A DNA stretch of 64,000 bases from a virus. The notes beneath the pieces are model-generated. The model did not search any database. It was not told the origin of the DNA and saw only the letters and a list, made by a program, of their open reading frames with translations. The stretch lies in IMG/VR virus record IMGVR_UViG_3300050343_000163; one strand, given 5' to 3'. Shown here in pieces: positions 30,243 to 41,100 of the stretch. The first letter of the stretch is position 1, and each line of letters starts with the position of its first letter. A program made the position numbers and the translations under genes.

Positions 30243-32057
30243 TCAGAACTCAATTACTAACTTGATGTCTTCAATCTGGTCAGGAGCACGAGTGATTAGT
30301 CTTCTGTTCTCAACATAAATCACGTTACCAGAGTTATTTTCAATCTCTGGGTTAGCTAGACCACTTGCAAAAGTGACACCTAGTAGTGTAGAACCATAAG
30401 AAGTATCTACATTACCAGAAGCAGTAGAACTCTCTCCAGTAACAGCATTAGAACCATTAGATTCAAATGCTTGTACAATACCTTGATCGGTATGTGCATC
30501 AGAAGTTTGGATGTACTTCAGAACACCAGCAGTTGTAGAACCACTATCAAGTGTCCATGATACAACTGTACCATATGCTGTACCACCAGTTACAGTCTGA
30601 GTAATTTTTTCGTCAACGGCATAGTCTGCAGAAGCACCAGTAATCTTAATAGATTTTAGACCAGAAAGAGTATCAGCGGTTGCAAAAGTTGTAGTGCCAT
30701 AGTTATATGGATCAGCAACAATACCAATACGACGGAAGTCGTTATCTACAGGGAAGTCACCTTGACCTTCAGAGTAAGTAAGGCGGATGTTTGTCATAAC
30801 ACGCTTACCATTGAGTTCTGTCTCATGATCAGAACCATGTCCACCTGCGGGAGCAAGAACAACTTCAATAGCACCAACAGCAGAAGCACCAGTTGCTACA
30901 GCAGATGATAAACCAGCATTAGAGAAGAGGTTGCCGTTAGTGAATAGAACGTTAGCATAAGTGTAACCTGATCCACGAGCTTCAATCTCAGCGGATGTGA
31001 TTGCACCTGCACCATTTGTTACAAACTTAACTTTACCACCAGATCCATCACCCTTAATAGAGGTGTAGAGAGTCTGGGAAGCAGGAAGACCAGAACCAGC
31101 GTTTTCAACTAAAGCAACATCAATAGCACCAGCAGTAGCAAGAGCTGCAACTGCTTGTCTAGAAACATTGTTAGAAAGAACGATTGGCATGAAGTCAGAA
31201 GAAAGGAACTTCAGAACATCATCGGTAGGAATGGTGTACATATACTTCCAAATGTAACCAGCACCAGTTGTCTCAGTATAGAGACCAGTAGCAGAAGCAT
31301 AGTTGCCACCTGCAGTAGATGGTTCTTCAGTTGCGTTTTGTCCAGTTGTGTTAGAAGGATCTTCACCATTGTAAAGACACTTAAATACTTCGTAAGTTGA
31401 GTTCATTACATAGAACTTAGCATCTGCGATGCTTGCAGCACCTGTTGCAGCTTGCTTACCGATTTGACCACCGCCACCAGGTGTAGCAGAGTAATCGGGT
31501 TTAAACATGTCGAACTTGGGGTTAGCTACCAAGTCCCAGTTGTAACGACGAATAACAGTTCTAGCAAATGAATCTGTGATACGCTTTGCAGCGATCATTT
31601 CATCGTACAATGAATACTTTTCTGTTTGGTTGTCTAGAGGAAGGGGTGGAACATCTTCAGTAGCGTAGCGATATACACCAGAAACTGCAGTGGCACCTGT
31701 GTCGGATCCGCCAGAACCACCACTTCTACCTTTTAAAGCAGAACCAAGAGGGGGAGCAGAGTTAACGCCAGCACTTCCAAAAACGTCGGTAAGAAGTAGG
31801 GCACTATCATAAACTGCAGCAACTGTGGCGCGGAAAGCGGTGGAACCATACGTTCCAACATACACTTCGTTACCAACTACAAACGCGGTTGAATTTTGTG
31901 TGTGAACCTCTACGTATGCTTTCCATGGTTGTGGGCGTCCCACAAAGAAGTACATTCTAGAGCGTTCCGCACTGGTATCGTTAGGACCTTCGGTTAACGA
32001 TTCTAAAAATTGTTTAGCATTGAAAATCCTAAACTTATCAGAGATAATAGCAGCCAT
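30243..32057 (-). CDS. gp8: Baseplate wedge subunit gp8
   Basis: MAAIISDKFRIFNA, MYFFVGRPQPW, MIAAKRI, YIWKYMYTIP, DFRRIGIV, YVENRRLITRAPDQIEDIKLVIEF. Confidence 0.92.
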   Translation of the reverse strand: MAAIISDKFRIFNAKQFLESLTEGPNDTSAERSRMYFFVGRPQPWKAYVEVHTQNSTAFVVGNEVYVGTYGSTAFRATVAAVYDSALLLTDVFGSAGVNSAPPLGSALKGRSGGSGGSDTGATAVSGVYRYATEDVPPLPLDNQTEKYSLYDEMIAAKRITDSFARTVIRRYNWDLVANPKFDMFKPDYSATPGGGGQIGKQAATGAASIADAKFYVMNSTYEVFKCLYNGEDPSNTTGQNATEEPSTAGGNYASATGLYTETTGAGYIWKYMYTIPTDDVLKFLSSDFMPIVLSNNVSRQAVAALATAGAIDVALVENAGSGLPASQTLYTSIKGDGSGGKVKFVTNGAGAITSAEIEARGSGYTYANVLFTNGNLFSNAGLSSAVATGASAVGAIEVVLAPAGGHGSDHETELNGKRVMTNIRLTYSEGQGDFPVDNDFRRIGIVADPYNYGTTTFATADTLSGLKSIKITGASADYAVDEKITQTVTGGTAYGTVVSWTLDSGSTTAGVLKYIQTSDAHTDQGIVQAFESNGSNAVTGESSTASGNVDTSYGSTLLGVTFASGLANPEIENNSGNVIYVENRRLITRAPDQIEDIKLVIEF

Positions 32058-32093
32058 TGTTTTTCTGTTCCGACGTAGTGTTTGTGCCTGAGT

Positions 32094-32107
32094 TATTTAT
32101 ATTTATA
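32094..32107 (-). promoter_or_regulatory. Two overlapping canonical T4 late promoters TATAAATA
   Basis: Plus strand tatttata at 32094-32101 and 32100-32107, and a third ATAAATA at 32112-32118, upstream of gp8. Confidence 0.8.
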
Positions 32108-32114
32108 GCAATAT

Positions 32115-35100
32115 TTATGTAATTGCGAACGGAATCAACTCATCCCCGTTTGATATTGAGTTACTACCTCTTATTAGAGTGCATCCATCAAAGGTATTAG
32201 CAGTCTTAGATGCATATTGAATTACTGATCCACTCGAAGTGAATAGGTAACCAGCATTATCAAAGTATGCAGTATTTAGCGCAGCAATGCTGGTAGGTAT
32301 CGTACCAACAGTGGTAGTTGTTGTAACTGGTTGTTGGATTGAAGGAGGTGCAAGATTAAATTTATCACCAGCAGATGTATATTGAGATTTTCTTCTCTTA
32401 GTAAAATCATCAAGAGTTAAACCACCAAAGAACCTTGATACTTCTTCAATAGTCATACCAGATACTCCCATGCCATCATCAAAAATGCCATCAAAGTGAC
32501 CGATAGTATATCCAACGTTAGTGATAGCATAGTTTCCAATATACCCACTATCAGTAGTAAAGAGTGTGTTTCTAACTAGTTGCTCATTTCCATTTCTTTG
32601 AGTGACATAATATTTGTCTGCTGCGGAAACAAGGAATACACCAGAACCAACTCTTTGTGCAATTGGATTAGTCAAGAATGCAGTTTCTTGATATTTGTCA
32701 ACTACACCACCTGGTGGAGGAGTAATAACAACCTCAGTAGCTTCTCTTGTTACTGACATTACAGAGGCAGGAGAAATCTGTCTCTGTACTCTCCTTTCAA
32801 ATCCACCTGCAGTAGATGATGCACTCACCATACTAACATCAGATTCAGATTGGATAGAAGCAACAGCAGCAGATACAACTGCTATATCTTCAATCTGTCT
32901 TAGATATGCACCAGCAGCCCAGAATTGTTCTGTGGTGTTATCATAACCTCTAATGACTTGTAAGAATCTATCATTGATTTTTCTATTATAGAATACAAGT
33001 TCATTACCAATCATTAGTTTGCCATTAGGAGCAAACTTAGTTGTATCAGGAATGTATACAATACTGTCACCAATTTCCAGATCAACATTCAAGTATGCAG
33101 CATTCTCAAAGTAATTGGTATTACTGATTGCATTATTAGGAATTTCTACTTGAACTGTAGTAGTAATTGCTTTAGAAACAGTTGAAATAGAATTTGTAGT
33201 TATAATATCCTGCAATTCTGCAGATACTACTGTTCCACCAGCATATACATCTATGACTTTAACATCATCAGCTGATGTTTCTTCTGTTGAGAAGAATTCA
33301 ATATAATCTCGTTTTGGATCTAAAGCACCACCAATAGAGAATACCTCAACTTCCTTGAGATCAAATTCTCTTTCAATAACAATCTCGGCATCACCTGCAA
33401 CTTCTACTTGTACAGAACTAATACCAGTAATAGCAGAAAGACCAGACTCATCAATTTCACTGATAACAGATGTAGATGTCAATCCACCACTTTCAACATA
33501 TGGGTTAATACCAATGTTGATTAGTGAAACACCAATGTCTCTTTCTTTGAGAATATCAAATCTTCTGGTTGTAATAACCTTAGGTGTGGTAGTATAACCA
33601 GAACCACCATCGATTAGATCGACACTGATTACCTGACCTTTACTTACAAGAACGTTAGCTCTTGCACCACCACCATTACCATCCAGTGACTCAAACTTAA
33701 GAACTGGTGGTGTATAATATTGATATGCAGTTGGTTGTGTGAGTGGATCATAACTGCGTTGATTCCATGTTAAAGATATTACAGATCCATTTTCAATAGT
33801 TGCTACTACAGATAAACCTTCACCTCTCGTAATTCCAGTATAAGTCTCAATTGAGACTGTACCAAAAATATCATCAGTAGTTGCTTCTCCACTTCTACCA
33901 TCTTTACTGGTAGCTTCTGTAGGAAGTCTCTTAATATTTCTAAATCCCTCTTCACCTTCTACTCTGATCTTATCATTGTTAGCAAGATATACAAATGGTG
34001 CTTTATATGTTTTGCCATAGAATGTTCCAGACCACTGTCCGTTATCATCTTTGAGTAGTTTTCTATTTGCTTCGTCTTTCTTGAAGGTTAGTGTTTGATT
34101 ACTAATGTCTCCATCAGCAATGACATATGTTCGATCATAATATCCCTTAACAGTAAAGGTAAAGTCTAAACCGCTTTCTATGACAGGGTTTTGACACTTA
34201 AGTTCAAATGTAACATTGTTGCCTGTTTTGATTGGATTCTTAAGTTCACCAATAACATTATATGTTCCATTAGCTCTTTGTTGCCAACAATGAATAGGTG
34301 TTCCAATTGCATCACCCATCCAACCATATGCTAGTAAGTTATCTAGAATAGGTGTGGAAGTTGTGAAAGATAATGTTCCTTGTGCAAAATATGTATCAGG
34401 AGCAAAATCATATATGTTAAGAACCTGTCCAACATCTCTACCATAAAGATATCTGATATCAACGTTATGTTCTTTCTTAATAGGACTAGCAAATGTAATA
34501 TTAGGACCAGATACAGTATATGCTTTTCCTTTTACTTGTAGAATACCATCTAAGAAAACATACATGCTGTCTTCAGATTCAATACTCTGTACGGTGTAAT
34601 CTTCTACATCTAAAATTAAGAAGGGACCATTTCTAATACCGTCTACCAAATTAAAGTCGATAGTGAGTCTCTTATAATTACCAACTCCAATACCAACTAC
34701 TTTTTCAACAGCAGTTGGTTCACCAATAGATTTTGCACCTAGATCTTGGTCCCAAATAGGAGCTACGTCAAATTTAACTTTGTTAGGAATTACAGTTCTA
34801 TCAATCCAATAAGCATCCTGCAATGGATAGTTATCAGTAAACTTAGGTCTTTGTAATATAGCATTAATAGTAACAAATAGATCTTCATCTTCTTCTGTGT
34901 TTACAGGAGTATTATCATCCCAATACAATTCAAATTCTTTGTTTTCACCATCAATATAATCTGGAAGTGATCTTGTTACAGATTCTTCTTTAATAACATC
35001 ATCTAAGTTATCAAATAATGAATCCATTGCAGAAATTACAATTGTGCATTCTTCTACAGGAAGTAAAGGATCACCAAGGATATTATAGTTAGAGTAACTT

Positions 35101-38100
35101 AAATCTTTTGTCCAGTTACCAGCCTTATTAGAATTTTGCTTTGTTTTCTCTACAAGTCCTCTACCTTCTGTTAGGATAGTATTAACAATATCATGATAGG
35201 TGTTTAATGTGCTTTCTACTTCTGCACATACAGGAGAGATTGAGTCGATCAATACATTGGGATCTGTACCAGGCAATTGATTTCTCATTGCTTGAATTGC
35301 TAGATCTCTAGTATATTCAAATGTCGATATAGTTTCAGTTAATTGACCAGAGATGTAATATAACTCTTCACCATATGGATAATCCTTTTGCTGATAGTAA
35401 AGCTGTGCTGCCTCAACAATTTTTTCATTTCCACCAAATTTAAGATGGTAGACATATGCGTCTAGAATAAGACCGATGTCTCTACCACACTTAGTAGCAA
35501 TAGATCCCCAGTTCAATGCAGGATATTGTGCTTGTGCCCAAGTTAGTGATTCTGATATGATATATGATCTGTTGAGTGCAATGAGTTGTCCTGCTTTATA
35601 GAACATACCAATGCTTTGACCACTCCAAGAGAATGCTGCTTGTGTAGTGCCAGAGAAAGATACAGGTGTTGTGACAGTTACGCCAGGTGGTACAGTAAAA
35701 GTATTGCCAGGAGCAACTGCACCAGTATTTGTGGCAATAGATCCAGTGGTTGCTGTGCCACTTAGTAAAGTGGTTCCACTAGGAGCACCACCACCTCCAC
35801 CAGAGTTAGCTAGTGCTGCATTGTTTAATGTAATCTGAGTATCACTGTCAATAGATAGAATTTTTGTTCCTACAGGGAATGCTCTACCAGAACTTACAAA
35901 TAAACCAATAGCAAGATTTTTAGTGCTACTAACTGTCATTGTAGTAGACCCTTGGACATAACTGATGTTTACATCAATCCAATCCCAGTTTCTGATAGCA
36001 AGTTTTGCCAATCTAGTTGCATATTCAAAAATAGCAATAGATTTTGTTTTATTGTTTTGAATATAAAGGTATTCATCATCAGAATTAAAGATAGCAGAAT
36101 AATCAATTGTTTTTACATTTCCACCAAATCTTAAATCATGCTGATATGCATCTAAGATAGCTCGTATGTTTCTTTCATAGTCATCTTGCTTAGTCGCCCA
36201 ATCTAAAGATCCATAAGTTGATTTACCATATCCAATAGTTTCATTAATAATGAAGTCAACATTTCTCTCAATTTGATTTGCAGCATCAATCCATGTGCCA
36301 CCACGTTGGAAAATGTTTCTTAACTTTTTGAGATAACGAGTATTGTATTGTGCATCCTTGAATTGGAATACTTTACCATAGAAAGTAACACCTTTATAAT
36401 CAGAACCAAATTTAACTCCATCTCCTAAAGGTGGAGTAGAGAATGTAATCTGATCACCAGAGATTGTATATGCAACACCTGGTTCTTGAATCACACCGTC
36501 TAAAGTGATAATAGTACCATATGTTGATGATAGAGTAAATGGATTGCCACCAACTAATACTTGGAACTGTGTAGTTCCTTGTAATCTACCATCTGTATCA
36601 AAGTATCCATCAAATGCTGATGCAAGAGATAGTTCAAATGTACGAACTTCGTTGAATAGAAATTCACTTGGAGCAGCAGTACCAACCGCTTTACGAATTC
36701 TTTGATTCTCAACTGTTTGTACAGTTTGAGTAACAATTCTACTTGTGTTCTCAACAGTAATTTTATTCTTTGCTGGATCCCATAATTGAATAACACTAAA
36801 GTGTGATGCCTTTGGCATCTCAACTGGCATCTCAGAACTTGCAGTAGCTTCTACATCTACTTGTCCAAATAACTTAAATCCTGCAGGGTGTGTAGTGGAT
36901 TTAATAAGGTCACGCCATTCTTCAATAGATGTCTTAGATTTAACAACATAAGAATAATCTTGATAGAAAGAACTATCATGAATCTTCTGATTAGATACAC
37001 CTAACTTACCTTTGTCTGATGTGTAGTATCCTAAGTTGTCATAGAAACTAGAAATATTTTCTTGGAAGGTAGAAACAAATACTTTACTAACAATTGCATC
37101 TATTGGGAATCTTAAAGACTCAATAGAAATATTCTCACGAATAATACCTTGTACATTTGCAAGTTTAAGTAAGTTAGAACTAAATCTCCATTCTGTAACA
37201 GTTGCTCTGAATACTTCTACATTATTAATTTTTTGAATTACAGTTTCACCAATACTAAAGTTACCATTGATGTTTCTAACAGCAACAATGTAGTTTGAAC
37301 TGAAAGTAGAAGATACAGTTTTGTCTAGATGGAATGCTCCACCGTTTCTGGTAATATTAACACTCTTAGGAACACCAATAGATGTGCTCTCTGCATATGC
37401 TTCTACATCACCCTCAATAATAATGATTTCAGGTGCAAATGTATATCCTTTACCAATTTTGTCTACTGTAATAGAGGCAATTTCACCATTTCTAGAAATA
37501 ACATTAAACTTAGCATCAGAACCATCACCATTAGTAATAAAGACTTTTGGGTTTACATAATTAGAACCTTTCTCGGTAATCTCTACACCAGTGATAGTTT
37601 TTGTTGCAACATCAAATTTAACTGTAGCTTCTGCTCTATAACTTGCAGTTGGGTCTACACCAATAATAACAGGTACTTTCTTATAGTTAAGTCCTAGGTT
37701 TATAATCTGTGCGGTATTAATTTTACCGATAGCGAACTGACCAGTAGTGGTATAAGAAATAGATCCAGAACCATCCCAAAGAGGAATGCTGTTAATATCA
37801 TAAACAAAACGATTTGGTGTAACATAATTAAGAATTTTAGTTCCCTGTAAAGGATCTGTGATAATCTTGAAAAATGCGTTTTCTGAATCAACTACATTCT
37901 TTTTGTCAAAGTAATAGAAGTTAGTAAAATCAGTTCCTCTCTTTGTCTGATAGTTATTATCAGTTAGTCTAGAACCAAATCCAAATTTAACATCAGTAAA
38001 TGCACCAGCATTACCAGGAAGAATAGTAGATTCTATTTTTTCCTCAGTAATCAAATTGTAGTTATTACTTGGACTGATATCAAAGTAAGTCCCAATAAGA

Positions 38101-41100
38101 CTAGAATGAGACGTGTCAAACTTATACTTGTAGAATTCTTGTAAATCAATATTTGGATTAGGTACAAATGTACTATTGTCTTCTGAGAACTCAAAATTAT
38201 AAACAATATTTTCTACAGACTTAAGTGATACCAGTCTTTGTGGATTGCTACTATCAAAGAAACTGGAACTTAATACTACTTCATTAGCTGTAGACTTTAA
38301 AGTTCCATAATCATATACAATATTAATTTTATGAGTTACAGGATCATAAGATTGAATATATCCAGAATTATTACCAGTAAAGATCTGATAGTTATCAGCA
38401 AAATTATATTGTGCTTTATATAATTCTACTTCCTGTCCATCAAAGTGATCAACATCATCAGTTCCTTCTTGTCCTCTAGTTACATTTAGATTATTTCCAC
38501 TAATACCTTCAATCTTTAAAATTTCCTCGCCAACTTTAACCAGATCATTAACAGAGAACCCAAATGAACTTTTAACTGTAACTTTTGTACCACCAGCAGG
38601 AATACCAATGTGTCCAACATAGATTGTAAATCTTGCAGTAGATTGTGATGCGCCAGATCTTACCAGATCTTCATCTGCAACACTAAGATAATCTCCTTGT
38701 GCATATCCACTACCAGCATCTTGAATTTGAATGCCAGAAACTATGCCAGCGTCAGATACAGTGAATGTAGCAGTGGCACCAGTGCCAGATCCGCTAGTAA
38801 GAGCAACACTAGTGTAAGTGCCAGCAGTATAATCTGCTCCACCATTAAGAATTTCATAACGACCAATACCTGTAAAGTCAATTGTAGACTTATTACTAGG
38901 TGGTACAAGAATAGCTTCTTGATACAACCTCTTCCTTATATAATAGGTCTTAGTTTTGGTTACGTCATTAGGATTGATGTCAATTGTTACTTTATCTCCA
39001 ATTCCTAACCCATGAGGTTGTGCTGTTTCAATTAGAGCAACACTTTGATTAACTTCAAATGGTTCTAACCCATCACTGAGAGATGTTAGTCTTACAACTT
39101 TTGTACCAGAAGTATTGAATAGGTCATCTGATTGTAAGAAGTAATCGTCATTAACAATCCAAGTTCCCTCAGTAACTTTAATCTCAACTACGTTTTGACT
39201 GTTAGTTCCTTCTAACACTTCACCTTTAGCTACAGGTGCATTAACACCGTCAGTCAAACTTAGAGTAGCGCCTTTGGTATATGAACTTCTTTGATCTAAA
39301 AGAATAGTAAACGTTTTGATAGTTGCAGAGAATGTTCCCGTTTCATCAAAAGTACCATTGACATTTCTTAGTACAATAATGTTATCGTTCTTAACTGTAC
39401 CTACAATAGAACCAGATGCTCCTGAGGAGGGTTGGTTTAATGTATCATCAGCAAATAGATATGCACTTTGGATTGTCGTTAGTTTTACGACTCTATCTTC
39501 TTTACATTCTAAGTAGGAAACGTTCTTACCTTTCACGGAGTTTACGATAGATTCTACTTCAGAACCTTCTGTTCCTTTATTATCAAAATAAATTTGTGAG
39601 TTAATACTGAAGTTGGTAGATGAATCTACTACGCTGACTTCTTCTACATTTCCTTGCTTTACTTCTGCAATTTGAGCAATGACACCTTCGCCATTTCTCT
39701 GCATACCTGCTTGATAGAATCTTCTAGAATTCTTAGGAATATCATCTTGATTGATATTAGAATTGTAATTACTATCAACTGGTAGAGAATAGAAGTTCTC
39801 TCCTAAAATGTATGGATATTGCGGTACTTGATTGCTATCAATAGTAATGAAATAAGCATAAGTTCCTTTCGGAAAGTCGGGGGTAACTGTAAATCTTCCA
39901 TTGTTTTGATCTAGTGTTCCACTCTTGTGAGTGTATGTGTAATCATTAACAAACGTTCCCAGAGGATAATTTGTTAATGATGGACCATTAGAACGATTTC
40001 CATTAATACTGTAACCAGAAGTCATTCTCACAATTGATGATGTAGCATCTAGGGGATCCTGATGACCAAATGGACCGTATATTGGATTACCGTCGTAAGC
40101 GAATCCAATAATAGGAGAGTGAGTTTTTGTAGCGGGTTCAGTTCCTGCACTATTGATGTTGTCGCTGAGAGAAACACGTAAAGCTTTAGGATTGGCATTA
40201 TATCCATAACCGTATTCTAATACATTATTATAGTTTGCAAAGATATAACCGTATTCAGTATCTAATTCATTTTCTAATTTTTTAAATCTATTAAAGTTCC
40301 ATTCTTTAAGAAGAGGAATACCAGATGCACCATTACCAACTGGAATGACATCAACAATAACAGTAGCTTGATTATAGAAGTTACCTTCTGCAATTTTATC
40401 AAATCCTGTAATTATACCATCTGTATTAACAATAGAAATATATTCTGCAAATCTACCACGACCTGCTGCATCTCTAATTCTAATTAAAGGAGCAGATGAA
40501 TAGAATTCTCCAGCATTATTGATAACAAGACTAGTAACCTTGCCACCTGTTACAACAGCACTTACATCTGCATTACGACCAGAAGTGATAGTGATATCAG
40601 GAGTTCTTGGAAAAATGTCATCAGTATCAACAATGATACTTTCTACAACCTGACCAGCAAGAACTGCCCTAGCTTTGCTTGGAACTTGATCAATAAGAAC
40701 AAATGGAGGTGTTGAGTATCCAGTGCCTCTAGTATCAATCTTAATTTCTTCTAGTTTACCAAACCTAATACTTTCTGGATCTTTATGTCCATAGAAAGGT
40801 ACGCCATTTAAAGCAATACCAATATCTCTTTTGGGTGTTTTGTATGTTTCTGTAGTTCTAGTTGCTTGCTTTCTAATGATACGAAGCAGTTTCTGATCTA
40901 GTGTAGTTTCATTAACAGTAGACCCATCTAAGATCTTATGTGAAGGATAGCTAGAACTTGTGATATAATAATACTGTTCGTCTTCAAAGATCGCTGATAC
41001 ATTAGTAGAAACTTGATCTAAGGAAGATGCAACTGATGGAAGCGTAGGCACATCGACTGCAGTACCTGAACTTAACACCCATCTAGTTTGATTAGTACCA

